From the NCBI GenBank assembly GCA_030141605.1, contig JAQGDQ010001061.1, positions 2,232 to 66,231 on the forward strand: a stretch of 64,000 nucleotides of DNA, given 5' to 3'. Shown here one piece after another: positions 1-54,169 of the stretch (its first letter is position 1; every line of letters begins with the position of its first letter). Source of the stretch: Tubiluchus corallicola (lineage: Eukaryota > Animalia > Priapulida). Below the pieces are notes generated by a model. That model searched no databases. It saw only the letters and a list, made by a program, of their open reading frames with translations, and was not told the DNA's origin. The position numbers and the translations under genes are program-made.

Positions 1-460
1 CAATCTATCCTCTTTATTATAATCCACCTCAGTAGCCACTCCCTTTCAATGCAGAGCAAAACTAACCCAGACAATCTATTCTTGCCCATTGTAGAACGAA
101 GGCAAGACTTTATTTGTTTCAATCGATTAAAAATAAAGAAGATTTTGCTTTTATCGCACAAGTGAACCAGTGAGTTTAAAAAAATTGTTGAAAAATGCCA
201 CTAGGGGGGATGATTGCTCCCCAGTTAGCTAGGCCACTGCAAAAAACAAAAAAAAACTCCCTTTCAATTAGAGAAAAACTATTCCAGACAATCTCTCCTC
301 GTCCATTGTGGAAAGAAGATAGAACTTTACTGTTTGGACGAGATTAAAGGATTAAAAGATTAATTCACAGCAACCAAACAAGTGAATTAAAAAAATGATT
401 GAAAAGGTGCCAATTTTGAAAAAAAGTGCCCTCCTTTGTCCCCCATTAGCTATGATATTG
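1..460 (-). mobile_element. Inverted copy of the 50.7-kb hAT-like element (left part)
   Basis: Reverse-complement similarity to about 50711-51160. Confidence 0.7.
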
Positions 461-545
461 AAGTTTACATTTTTTTCTGCAAGTTGAATTAACAATGAGT
501 GCAAGTCTAAAATCAATAATCAGAACTGCATTGTGGGATACGTAC

Positions 546-40060
<39,515 letters not shown>

Positions 40061-40163
40061 TATGCTGTATTTACCTGCTGTCCTTGATTAACAACAAAAT
40101 CAATCATCTCCAAATGTTACCTGTAAATAATCAATTGTTATCAATTAACTAATCAGATAATCA

Positions 40164-40553
40164 CGTCTTTTCGCCGGTTCCAGCGATTGATGATGATCAT
40201 GAAAACGTCAAAGGTTAAGTGTATCAGACAATATGCATTAGTGAACACTTGACAACGCTTCACAGCCCCTGTTATTGTAATAGTAACAGTTTTAACAACT
40301 AGCTAGAACCTTACCTAGTTCATTTTTTCTTGTTTCCAAGCAAGATCCTGCTAGTAAATCACTCTACGCACAGACTAATGTATAATTAATTAAAAACCAT
40401 GCAAAACAACATAAGTTACTGAACCGATGCTGCAGAAGGCTTTGCTTTACCAATACGTTACGTGACAGTTGTGGTTAACACGCATTGCTATGGCACACCT
40501 TTGACCAACAGTAACTACGCCGCGTACACACAACGAAACTGCGAAACGGCTTA
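40164..40553 (+). mobile_element. MITE family A, copy 4
   Basis: Shared body; right TIR actgcgaaacggctta. Confidence 0.74.
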
Positions 40554-41451
40554 TTAATTAACGTACGAATCAGCCTGTCCAGAAAAGCGATGTTAACTGC
40601 TTCACTGGGCATAAATACTGATAACACTGCATCCACATTACATAACCAGCTAATATTTCACAATGACTAGCTACCAGTTCCCACAGTTATTACGGTAGAC
40701 TGCATAAAATGTTGTAATGAATGATAATGGAAAATGCGTACATTTACAAACAATAAACAATGGCTGACAGTACAGTACTCACATTTCTGCAAAATACACA
40801 CAACAAACAACTTTCACAAATCCGTCTATCTAACACAAACACGTAATTAACACATTTGTAGTTCACACCAAAGAATAAAGATTAGAATTTAAGCTACTTA
40901 CTTTTAATTTAATTTTGCTTACGACGCGTAGCAAATCCTACTTTTGATTGACGCACAGCGAAATCCTATTTTTGATTGACGCACAGCGAAATCCTATTTT
41001 TGATTAGCGGTTTATGAAACGGTTAAATTTAGCAGTGACATAGTCACGTGATCGAATGACACACAGGAAAATCCTGTCTACGTTGTGGCTGTGGATTTAT
41101 CAGCTCCCAATAAAAAACAGGAAACACGTCATTCGGTTTACTGTGACGTAATTACAGCTGGGACTGCAGGCGCCAGTCTTATCAAAATTTACACTACAAT
41201 GGAGAGACAACCCGTCCCGGACTTTCGTGTCCATTTCACGCCCTAATGAGTCCTAATTGCATATTCATTTAGTAGTCAAACTCATTTTTCCTTTGATCAC
41301 AAACTAGAAAAGTATCTTCGATGTGACTCCATTGTCAAACATTGACTGAAAATATTAATGATAAACAAGATACACAAATTGAACACAATTCTTTTGTGGA
41401 ATTTACGAAATTTTGTTGAACTGCATAGCCATAACAATTCTCTAATAATGC

Positions 41452-41628
41452 TATCATCATCATCATCATCATTATCATCATCGCCATCATCATCATCATC
41501 TTCATCATAATCATCATCATCAACACTACCATCACCATCCTTCTCTTTATCATCGTTCCCATCATCATCATCATCATAATCATCATCATCAACACTACCA
41601 TCACCATCCTTCTCTTTATCATCGTTCC

Positions 41629-41669
<41 letters not shown>

Positions 41670-41686
41670 ATCATTATTATTATCAT
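41452..41686. repeat. (ATC)n microsatellite
   Basis: Direct inspection. Confidence 0.93.
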
Positions 41687-42371
41687 TCCTTATTATATTT
41701 TACAGAGTATAGCAAGTTGGAATTCAGCACGTAAGAAAAGACCCACTCAATACTAATACTTGCGGCAGAACAGGTACCTATCCTATTTATTAAAGAAAAT
41801 TCTCTGATACGCATGCACAGACAGGTAAAGGTGTTTTAACCATGTTTAAACAAAGTCTATGCTATTGGAAAAACGTCGTTTTTTCGTGGAATTTCTAAAT
41901 AGGTTTTCTCCACATAAAGTGCATGAAACCAAGTGCGCATGCGTAAAACAAGGACAAAGACAAGAGTAATTTAGCGTCACTCGTTTAACAGACAACATCA
42001 GCACTAACGACTATTACAACTATGCAGGTAAGAACGCAACACACAAATATCATGTAGGGTATATGTCCTGTCATTGGTAGCTGCTAGTATCGAACTCAAG
42101 ACTACATGGTTGCAGTCCAAAAGAATTTGGCAGCCGCTAGTATCGAACTCAAAACTACGTGGTTACAGTCCATAAGAATTTTGCAGCCGCTAGTTTGAAC
42201 TCAAGACTACGTGGTTACAGTCCATAAGAATTTTGCAGCCGCTAGTATCGAACTCAAAACTACGTGGTTGCAGTCCATAAGAATTAGGCAAAAAACAGCT
42301 AAAGTGATTAAGAGTTGAATATATTTAGCAAGTGTCAATGCTTTATCATGCTTTAGTTAACTAATACGTTT

Positions 42372-42565
42372 TAGGGTGGCATGCGAATGGTTGAGTAGTA
42401 CTGCGGTGCTTGATGAATGAAGCTAAGCAACACCGAATGTGGTCATTGAATGGATGGGTAACTACCGAATTGCACATTCATTTCGACACTTTTACCTGCT
42501 CTCCTGCCCGGGGAATATTTACCTCGCGTACATGAAAAGTGTGCAAGAGACCTCTGCTGGTCCAC
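42372..42565 (+). mobile_element. Old SINE with a 5S-like internal promoter; copies at 54657-54835 and a fragment near 49365-49430
   Basis: gaagctaagca...tggtc...tggatgggt(a/g)ac resembles the 5S A and C boxes; the two copies share the downstream body. Confidence 0.55.
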
Positions 42566-42659
42566 TGCCTCATCTCAAAGTGTAAGAAGCTGTAGCTAAG
42601 GACACAACACGCAAATAACGAATAACATGTAGATATATGCAAATAATGTCTACAAGCAT

Positions 42660-43221
42660 TTGTTAAGCTAGTCCACTCTCCACATGTCTTGTTAAGCTAG
42701 TCCACAACTCCATGTGTCTCGTTAAGCTAGTCCACAACTCCATGTGTCTCGTTAAGCTAGTCCACAACTCCATGTGTCTCGTTAAGCTAGTCCACTACTC
42801 CACATGTCTTGTTAAGCTAGTCCACAACTCCATGTGTCTCGTTAAGCTAGTCCACGACTCCACATGTCTCGTTAAGCTAGTCCATGACTCCACATGTCTC
42901 GTTAAGCTAGTCCACGACTCCACAGGTCTCGTTAAGCTAGTCCACGACTCCACATGTCTCGTTAAGCTAGTCCATGACTCCACATGTCTTGTTAAGCTAG
43001 TCCACGACTCCACATGTCTTGTTAAGCTAGTCCACGACTCCACATGTCTCGTCAAGCTAGTCCACTACTCCACATGTCTTGTTAAGCTAGTCCACGACTC
43101 CACGTCTCGTTAAGCTAGTCCACACTCCACATGTCTTGTTAAGCTAGTCCACACTCCACATGTCTTGTTAAGCTAGTCCACACTCCACATGTCTCGTTAA
43201 GCTAGTCCACGACTCCACATG
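42660..43221. repeat. 30-bp minisatellite, about 19 units
   Basis: Unit gttaagctagtccacgactccacatgtctc. Confidence 0.93.
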
Positions 43222-44030
43222 CAAAAATGCTAAACGAACTCAATCTTCTGATAGTTAAATTTCAAATAAAACAGTTTTAACAATAGCAAGCTAACTTTCA
43301 ACAGTGGGGTAAGATCTACAAAGATTTCCCAAATGCCTGATTAAATACATACATCCGCTGCATTCCCAGAAATTCAGGAGACTTCAATTTATCCAGAGTC
43401 ACCAATTGATGGTTCACGAGTTTTGCAAACATTAAATTTAGCAAATGAAAGAAATCCTTGAAATATTAGCACTGCTGTTATGTATCTTAAACTTTTCCAA
43501 CGAAAATGACGTCATAAGTACTTTAATTGCAATTCATTTAAAAATTCATTTACCGAAATTTAATTATAATGGTCACTATGCAAGCAAATTACGATTAGTT
43601 GGCTTGTATAGTTTGAACTATCAAGGCAACTTTGATAAAACTGACTGAAAATTGCCTAGTCTGCATAATATAATATGATAATTTAATAAATTTATTTGTC
43701 TGTTTATTTTACATAATAAAGTACATTAATTAGTCATTGATTAGAAAATGAAACTGGAAATGGGATGCCAACAGACCAGAGGTCAGCCATCGCTGTCCAA
43801 TTCATATTTAATAATAGACTTAATTTTATATTTAGGAGACTCTATTATAACAGTGCAATAATTTATTGACAAGTAATTCGTTACAGTACATTACATTACA
43901 CATACATTACATTACAGTACAGTACATTACATTATACAATGCAAAAAACAATAGAAAACTACACAGACAGAACCCCATACATGGGGTATAATCGTCATAT
44001 AACACAACAATGCTAACTGACCATCTATTA

Positions 44031-44438
44031 CAAGGCCGTAGTCGGCGGTCCGGCCGGTCCGGCCATGGCCGGACCACTTTTTCTGCCATACGTGCCTAGA
44101 CATTCTCAGCCCTGCGTAGAGTAAAAACTTATTTGCGGAGTACGATGACTCAAACAAGACTAAACAATCTCATGACTTTGCATGTACATATGGATAGAAC
44201 AGACGCTCTCGACCTGAAGGAAATTGCGAACGAGTTTACTGCTAGAAATGAGCAGCGCAGATGTGTGTTTGGAAGTTTTGATCAATCATGTCATCATTGA
44301 GTATGTGTAGTGCTCTATTATGTTATAACTCTGTATTATAAATTATAATATACTCTTCTATATGTTGCTGCTGTATTCTTTTTCTACCTGTTCCGTATCT
44401 GTGGCCGGACCACTTTTCAAAAGCCGACTACGGCCCTG
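44031..44438 (+). mobile_element. hAT deletion derivative that keeps the C-terminal dimerisation-domain coding fragment
   Basis: TIRs caaggccgtagtcggc / gccgactacggccctg; 44103-44280 translates FSALRRVKTYLRSTMTQTRLNNLMTLHVH...IANEF. Confidence 0.82.
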
Positions 44439-45218
44439 TATTACATGCTAACTGACCATCTATTACTCAGCAAATGCTATTTAAACTGCTGTAAATGAAT
44501 TATTACACGCAGTAAACGGCAATAATGCACTTCCATCATACCTACCATTCGTTTTAATAATCCAAATTAATGTACATCGCACGTTAAGCCACCACAAACA
44601 CTTTTCACTTACAATCTTCACAAACTATGGCGACCGTCAGATCACTATCCGTAGCACGTGCCGCAGCACACACAACAAAATGTGTTCTGTCAAAACTTTT
44701 GCTGAGCTAAAATTGAACTAATCACACAACACAAACATCGTCAAACAAACCCAAATCTGTTTTTATCAAATCAAAATGTATTATTCAATCAGCAGAATTT
44801 CGTCTGATAAGCACATTACGAGCGAGTTGAGCGGGTTTTTACAGGACAATCCTCCCGGGAATGATAGCAACGCACAGAATGATGGAAACCGGTATTATAG
44901 CGGTCGGCCGATAGGGGTCACTGGATAAAGTCGACCATTATGGCAGCTGGCGCGTGCATAAAACAGACTACCCCAGACAAGCGAGTTTTGGGGGGACAGC
45001 CAAACAACGTTTTGAAAAAATGTTTGTAGAAAACTTTAATCTGTTTAATTTAGTAATTCATCTAACTTTTGCTTTTAGCCATATCTAATTTTACAATGTA
45101 TTTTATGATTCACTGTTTTAGTACTTTAGCCGGTTTTTAGTTTTATTTTAAGATATTCTGTTCTATTTTTGTATTTTCATTAATACTAACATGCCATGGA
45201 CCATTATGGAAATATTAG

Positions 45219-45690
45219 TTTAAACATAATTTATTTAGGATTGGATCAGACAGTTTGAACAACATGATTTAGGATCCTCACCACAACAGACTTTATACAC
45301 TATTTACAAGAACATTTACACTAAGAATAGACTATAACTACACAAGCTGACAAGTTTTATTACAAGAATACATTAGACATTAGTAGAAAATGACGGTTAG
45401 AAAATATTAATGTACGAATATTTAAGACTGATGCATTTCATATCGGATAGAAACTACTGGAAGCGTTTTGTACGTAATATAAAGTCATGTATGCATTGGA
45501 ATATTTTACAGTTAGCAACATAGTTAAATTCATCTTTTCCGAATAATAACAACTTTAACAGATCATTATTTCCTAAGGCAGCTATATTAAGGTTTTCGGG
45601 CAGAAGTATTTCATTAAATTTATCAAACATAACATCACATTCCAACACAATATGGAAATATTGTGTATACAATTTAACGTGTTCCTTGCA
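45219..45690 (-). mobile_element. Non-LTR retrotransposon (CR1/L2-group-like) 3' end
   Basis: LLLFGKDEFNYVANCKIFQCIHDFILRTKRFQ* plus 3' UTR; inverted copy at 49858-50256. Confidence 0.7.
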
Positions 45691-46384
45691 AAAACTAAAA
45701 CTCTGTTCTGTTCTAAACTGACTTTTTCTGCGACTAAGTGCATTTAAAAGTCAAGACTGCTGCAAAATAAAAGTTTCTTATGTCTGTGAAAGTTGTTTCC
45801 TACAAAATCTTATCTATAGTGCAACTAAACAGTTTCAGACAAAGCTTAAACTTAAACATTTACATATCGAGCCATTCCTAACTTCTCTTACAAAAAATGT
45901 ATTAATAGTAATACCGGTAATATTCATAAAGTGTGGGATGTTTTTCTTTTATTTAACTTAAACATTCCCTGGACAAATCTTTACTGTACTCAGGCATAAT
46001 GAACAAACAGGGGAAGGTACAAGGAACGTGTTATTTGAGGCCGTCTCTCGTGGCCAGTCACCTCTATTAATTATACTAATACAAATAAGACACGGTCAAA
46101 CAAGGATACCTCAACCTGGTCAGAACGTGGTCAGACAAGGCTGTCCTAGTCCACGGACTATTGCAGGGAACAATGTAGACGACTGCTTTACTCTGACATA
46201 TAATATTGAAGCACGTACTTGTATAGGAGGTGAACAGCTGGACAAATTAACTGTTGTGACGACTAAACACCGTAATAATTGATGTCTATACTAGGTTAGG
46301 AGGAGATTTCTACGCCTGGTCAATGGTATTTGTGTTGAAGCGCAGGTGTTAATTAAACCGATGCACTGAATGTTCGTTTATAGG

Positions 46385-47022
<638 letters not shown>

Positions 47023-47596
47023 TTAGAATTTTGAATGGGCAAAGTAGCATGCATAATTTATAATTCTCACCCATCAAGCAGCTAAATCATTACCAGATTC
47101 CAACACGTACCTGCCACACACAATATTATTATCAGCAGCAGCAAACTCAATTACTTAGTACAAGTAACACATTAATATTAGAGGAGTTGCCCTACTAATG
47201 AAACTTGCTGTACACAGAACAGCTTTTACGGTTGTTCATATTGGAGTGTAACAAGTCTCTACGTGTAATAAATCGACTAAACTCGAATTTTTTAGGTTCA
47301 GCTCTCCACCTTATCAGGAAACTTAATTTAAACTAATTCAAGCGAGTATAACATTATAAGTTACTGAGTTCTAAGATGTAAGCTAAATAACGTAAAGATA
47401 AAAAGACCTCCGAATGATTTTCAATTCCCACACAACTTAAATACCCTAGTCCTAAACCTAGCTTTAGCCCTAATCCTAACCATAATCCTAATCCACTCTA
47501 GCCTTAACCCTAATCCTAATCCTACCTATCTTCTTAGATGTGCAAAATTCTAATAAAAATGATATAAAAAACGAGAATGCAAAATTGGAGAAGAAA

Positions 47597-48110
47597 ATGA
47601 CAGCAACGATGATAATGATGGAGACATCGCCGCCAATGATGATGATGACGACGACGACGACGATGATGGCGATGTTGATGATGATGACAATGATGATGAT
47701 GATGACGATGCCGATGATGGTGATGACAATGATGGCGATGTTGATGATGATTGTGATAATGGCGATGATGACAATGACGACGACGATGATGATGATGACA
47801 ATGACGGCGATGTTGATGATGATGATGGTGACAATGACGACAATGATGATGATGACGACGACGACGACGAGGACGACGATGATGATGATGATGGCGATGT
47901 TGATGATGATGACAATGATGTTGATGATGACGATGCAGATGATGATGATGATGACAATGATGGCGATGTTGATGATGATTGTGATGATGGCGATGATGAC
48001 AATGACGACGACGATGATGATGATGACAATGACGGCGATGTTGATGATGGTGACAATGACGACAATGATGATGATGACGATGGAGATGACGATGATGTCA
48101 GTGACAATGG
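47597..48110. repeat. (GAT/GAC)n microsatellite
   Basis: Direct inspection. Confidence 0.93.
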
Positions 48111-49857
48111 TAACTGTATAAACTTGACGTCTGTCATCTTTCCGTTGACACACAAATGAGAATGAACGGGCGCCATTATTATGCGTCATTAAGTAACACA
48201 GTCACAGTGAAATTGGCAAAAACAGGAACTATGGTCAGAGCGAAGAGATAACTGTCTGCTATGGTTCAAGAGCCACAGTACAGCTGCTAGGAGTACAAAC
48301 AAGCAAGAGAGAAAGAGAGACTAGATACATCCTGAAATGACACGGTAGACAGAAATGCTAAACACTTTATTACAGCAAAACCTGACCCAAACTTAAACTG
48401 TAGGTCAAAACAATCTACTGTTTAAAACATGGAAAAGAAACGTACTATTTTTCAAAAATGACTTACATGAAAGAATTATAACCACATAAACACAATTTCA
48501 CGTTCGCACCACTAGTTCTTCACTGTTACATACATTTCACCATTCGCTAGTTAGACGGGCACTAGCGTCTGCATTTCGAAAACGCAGTGCACAAAAAACA
48601 GGTGCTGTACCTCTCAGTTCAGATGTGTTAGTCTGTGATAAACTACACACGTTCGACAGTTCATGCTCGAGCACAGCTATAAATTTGAAATTTGAATTTT
48701 TATCTTAAAACTTGAATCTCTTACTGTAGCGCTGTACTTCAGTCTCTCTTTTCGCAAACACGTGCAACACGTTCATGGAATATTTTTGCTGTTAAAAATT
48801 ACGTTAGTTTGTGATGTCATCAATAGTTGGACTAGCCCGTTGTTAAGTAAATTTTTAATCTATTATTTGATTATCAGAAAAGCTTTTGCAGTATTAATTG
48901 TGTTAAAATGTATACTTTTATCATACTTCATCATGGGGTAGTATGTGAAAAATCATCCTGTTTTCCTCTAACAATGCCATCAGGTTATCTTGAGCACTTT
49001 GGGTCAATTTGAGTTCTCGAATTACGAAATATTCAAGTCAAATGAACCCCGAAGTATTCCAGTTTACACCTATAATTATTAGTTTAAAATAACTCGAATC
49101 TCTACTTTGATTCAAACCTAAATTTTATCAGAAAGAAAATCCACAAGGTTTCAAGTTCAGACTAAGTCTTCGAATAGCAAATTAATTGAAATTCCGCACA
49201 AATAATAATAATAAACTAAAAACAAACAAATTACGTTCAAACACTGTGCAGTTTAAATAAACAATCTGTGGTTTTTTTCCTCAGATAGACTCAAGTCCTA
49301 AATGATTCTTTGGTGCAAAACATCCAAGTTCGATAACATTAAATTCAAACAGAATGACTCGCAAGTTGAGGAGGTGAGCAGCTCAAAAGTTAAGCAACAA
49401 CAGCTCTGGGGTATTCTGGATGGGTGACAGAAGGTATTTTATACTATAACTTTCTGGTGGTAAAAATAAACCAATAAAGCTGCAGGAATTATATGCAATA
49501 TAAATGCAGAATAAATTTTAAACTATATATTTTCTATTAGCTTCAATAACAAAGGAGTTTAACTTTGAAAACCATAACCATGTGATGATCAGACTGAACA
49601 ACAATATACAGTCCCTTGCCTCATACCTTTCCAGATTAACCTAAACTAATCAAAACTGACGAATTGCAAGCAGTCCGGTTAGTTAGGTGTTTGAATGGAG
49701 CTGACTGGATACAGATGCCAAACTTTCAGCAAAGATTCTTCAGGGCATTCTAACAGAGTTTTAGATGTTTTAAAATTTTGCATTTTGGCTCGCTGTCCCG
49801 GGACACTAAAAGGTCAATAAATGGTCTCGCGCTTTGAAGGCTTATAACTCCAAAACG

Positions 49858-50256
49858 AAACTGCCTGAAAACCTTAATATAGCTGCCTTAGGAACTAATG
49901 ATCTGTTGAAGTTGTTATTATTCGGTAAAGATGAATTTAACTATGTTGCTAACTGTAAAATATTCCAATGTAAACATGACTTTATATTACGTACTAAACG
50001 CTTCCAGTAGTTTCTATCTGATATGAAATGCATCAGTCTTAAATATTTGTACATTAATATTTTCTAACCGTCATTTTCTACTAATGTCTAATGTAATCTT
50101 GTAGTAAAACTTGTCAGCTTGTGTAGTTATAGTCTATTCTTACTGTAAATGTTCTTGTAAATAGTGTATAAAGTCTGTTGTGGTGAGGATCCTAAATCAT
50201 GTTGTTCAAACTATCTGATCAAATCCTAAATAAATGATGTTTAAAGTAAACTAAAC
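49858..50256 (+). mobile_element. 5'-truncated copy of the same LINE with TSD
   Basis: 13-bp TSD taactccaaaacg at 49845-49857 and 50257-50269; (taaac)n tail. Confidence 0.78.
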
Positions 50257-50710
50257 TAACTCCAAAACGCTCACAGATAGACACTTGTGTACTATTAGGA
50301 GGAACTAATGTGGGCTTACATTTGGTGGTATGATTAGTGACCTTGGAACACACGAAGTTACCAAATTACATCATCAGTACCCCTCTATCCATTTCACGAA
50401 TTCAATAATCTGGCGTGTTAGCCGAAACAGGGGGAATGATTGGATACAGCAGGTAAACTTTCAGGAATGATTCTTTGGACCATTTTGACAACGTTGTAAA
50501 GAAAACAATTACAAGGAAGACGGAAACAACGACGAGAAAACTAAGAAACAAACACTTTTCCTTTATCTACAAATACGTATTGTTCAGCCACTGTAACAAT
50601 TCCTTTATATACAAGTACATATTGTTCAGCCACTGTAACAATTCCCTTATGTACAAGTACATATTGTTCAGCTACTGTAACAATAGCTACAAGAATTCCT
50701 ACAACATCAA

Positions 50711-51736
50711 CAGTGGCGTAGCTAATGGGGTAGCAACCGTCCCCCCTCCGTACATTTTTTTCAAAATTGGCGCCTTTCAAACAAATTTTTTAATTCACTT
50801 TTGCAGTTGCTGAACGATCCTTTGATCTCCTTCTAACAGATAAAATCCTACCTTCTTTCTACAATGAACGAGGATAGATTGTCTGGGTTAGTTTTGCTCT
50901 CCATTGAAAGAGAGTTTTTTTGCAGTGGCGTAGCTAATTGGGGAGCAATCATCCCCCCTAGTGGCATTTTTCAACAATTTTTTTAAGCTCACCGTTTCAC
51001 TTGTGCAATAAAAGCAGAATCCTCTTTATTTTTAATCGATTGAAACAGATAAAGTCTTGCCTTCGTTCTACAATGGGCAAGGATAGAATGCCTGGGTTAG
51101 TTTTGCTCTGCATTGAAAGAGAGTGGCTACTGAGGTGGATTATAATAAAGTTATAGATTATTTTGCTGGAATGAAACCTAGATGAAAGAGACTGTTGTAG
51201 TTCCTTCATCTTACATCTTTCACAATGACTCATTTTGTTTTCATTTTACGTTTAAAATTAAAATAATTAAACAACTCACGAGTTTCTATTACGTTTTAAG
51301 ATTTAAGAACTCACTGTAAAACTTTTAATTGTGTTTTAAGTTTAAGTACAAAATAACAATTATGTACTTCCTGTAAAACTCTATCTTTCCTGTGTTTTGA
51401 TTTTAAACACAAAATTAAAATTAGTAATTGTTTGGCGTGGTCACGGTGCCTTTTTGATTTGCTTGCTCCCCCTAACTTTAGAACGTGGCTACGCCCCTGT
51501 CACTGCGCCTTTTTGATTTGTTTGCTCCCCCTAACTTTAGAACGTGGCTACGCCCCTGTCACTGCGCCTTTTTGATTTGTTTGCTCCCCCTAACTTTAGA
51601 ACGTGGCTACGCCCCTGTCACTGCGCCTTTTTGATTTGTTTGCTCCCCCTAACTTTAGAACGTGGCTACGCCCCTGTCACTGCGCGATTTTGATTTGCTT
51701 GCTCCCCCTAACTTTAGAACGTGGCTACGCCCCCTG
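50711..51736 (+). mobile_element. hAT-like non-autonomous element with a doubled left end and 5 tandem copies of the right end
   Basis: CAGTGGCGTAGC at 50711 and 50923; GGCTACGCCCCTG right TIR in 59-bp units; TMGKDRMPGLVLLCIE hAT-dimerisation remnant; imperfect 8-bp flanks aacatcaa / aacaacat. Confidence 0.7.
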
Positions 51737-53936
51737 AACAACATTTTTTCAACATACAAACACGAATTAAAATGAAAACACATCTTCAGAAAACAGCATA
51801 CACGTGCTACATGACATTTGTTTGACCCAGACGTGAAAAATACCCACTCCAGCTGTCATTATCTTCCCTCCTACCAACCAGCTGTTGCTGTCACTGACAC
51901 AGGTAAATGTTCTAACCCAGGTATTTTGTTATGTTAATGGGCTGATGTTTAAACAAGCTTCCTAGCTACGGGGCTCAAAACACCTGAGCTCTTTGTTTCT
52001 ATTTTAATTAATGTCAGTTTACTTTTGTACAGGTAGCCTAGACACCGCAAACATTGTGAAAAGAAACTCAGGCAAAGAGTTCAGTCTACGGCCCATTTCA
52101 CACTGAGGACGCCCAGCACAAGGCCCTGAGGACAAATTGCTTTTGGAATTCTTCACAAAAATGGAACGCATTATTTCCAATGGTGTATTTCACACAGTCC
52201 TCCTTGTGACAGCTAGAAGCTATGCGTCCTCCTCGTGAGGAATTTTATCGCATGGTAGAAATACTACAAGGAATTCAGTCTTAACTTAATTACTCAGTTA
52301 CTTCTTTCTTACTTAACGGCATAAATTCTAAGATTTAATCTCTTTTAACAGACTGACGATTTTACGTTTTATTAATGCAACACCGATCGCCATATTCGTG
52401 AAAAAGAAAAATAATGTATTTAATATGTAATAATATATTTCTTTTATGCATGTTTTCAGATTTTAAAGTGGTTAGTAAAACTTTACTAAAGAAATAACAG
52501 TTCTGTCAGGTCTGACTTTACATTAACTAATATTAATAATTGTACTTTGTACATGAGAAATACAGCAAGTTTTATTTCATTTAAACACGATTCTACAGTA
52601 TAAAACTTGCAAAGTAGCTGCAGCTAACTGGACGCACGGAAAAAATTATGTTTGTTAAATTTTCACCATTTCGTTTCAAAAGGTGACCGTTAAATTAGTC
52701 GTTAATTGAAAATTGTCGTTATTACATTTAGCTTATACCTGCAAAGATGTAGCTGCAAAGATTAATTGCCTTAGGCCCCTTTCACATTGAGGAACACAGG
52801 GAAAAATGACGCACAGAATTGCTGTCAGAAAATTTTCTGAAAATTTCCGATTTTTCTGGAAATTCCATGCAGCAAGAAAGTTCCAGTGAAACCGCTAATG
52901 CTCAACATCAACAAAATTAGACTTTACCACTAATGAACCTTAATAATTTAACTCACTAGTCATTAGCTTAATTGTTTAATATAAACTGTTAAAACTAGGT
53001 ATAAATGTTGAATTAGTTTATTATGCTAAAAGTGTGTAAGTTAGCATCATGTATGTTTAGTGTTGCCAGCATCATGTATGTTTAGTGTTGCCTTGTTTAG
53101 TGTTTGTTGCGTCAGCAGCAAGGAAAAATATGAAGCAACTGTGGAACAAGTAAAAATTGTAAAAGGTTAGAATGCAGAAACTAAATTAATCAAATCTTTC
53201 TTCATTGGAAGACTCCATTACGTTCGTGTGAATAATCCAAGCAGCACGACAAAATTGCTACAGTGTTGTCACAACAGACAATGCAAATGGTGGCACAATA
53301 TGGAAATGTGAAGTTGCCACAACATTGTGCCAATATTTTTTCCACATTGTGACAATTTCGCGACAATATTGGTACTGACATTGTTACAGCGTTCCAATAT
53401 TTTTGAGAATATTTTTCCATAATTGTGACAATGTTGTCACATTATTATTATTATCAATATTGTCACAACATTGTCACAATATGGAAGAAAATTGATAAAA
53501 AATATTGTCACAACATTGTGGCAAGATTTTTTCTGCTGCCGGGTAAGTTTATCCTACATTTTTCCAACCCTATCAATTTCCTCATTCTGACATGCAGTAA
53601 TTTAAGACGCGAGTACAGTGTATGTAATAAATCTTCATTAAAACGTTTCCATAAAAAACCCTGTGTTATTTATGCGTTTAACAAACTAGTTATACGAAAT
53701 TACAATACCTGTACTTGTACTGAGGTGTCTAAGTTATGATGTCATCCTCATGCATTATTCTACTGCACTGCTGTAAACATCATCACATACACACAATGTA
53801 TACTGTACGTCTTCTCCACGTGCATCTTAAACACAATGTAAACTACTGACGTTAGCAGCTGCTACTAGGCAACCTTTTAATCTATAATCTTCCCAGCGTG
53901 CGCGCGCAAATCTCGGTTGCAAGTCAGAACTCTGTG

Positions 53937-54155
53937 CTACGCTACTGTGTGCTCTAAGCTTCCAGCAAATGCTGTTGACAGAGACTGGAGTACGCTACTG
54001 TGTGCTCCAAGCTTCCAGCAAATGCTGTTGACAGGGACAGAGTACGCTACTGTGTGCTCTAAGCTTCCAGCAAATGCTGTTGACAGAGACAGGAGTACAC
54101 TACTGTGTGCTCTAAGCTTCCAGCAAATGATGTTGGCAGAGACTGGAGTACGCTG
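53937..54155. repeat. About 53-bp tandem repeat, 4 units
   Basis: Unit tacgctactgtgtgctctaagcttccagcaaatgctgttgacagagactggag. Confidence 0.88.
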
Positions 54156-54169
54156 CTAACAAAGCGTAG

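Noticed and set aside
47270-47325. Possible hammerhead ribozyme / Penelope end (minus-strand cctgataagg...)
   Set aside because: The core CUGAUGA and GAAA are not intact and the stems could not be formed
47445-47528. Interstitial telomeric repeat
   Set aside because: Short and highly degenerate cctaa(c/t)-type run; not a convincing (TTAGGG)n array
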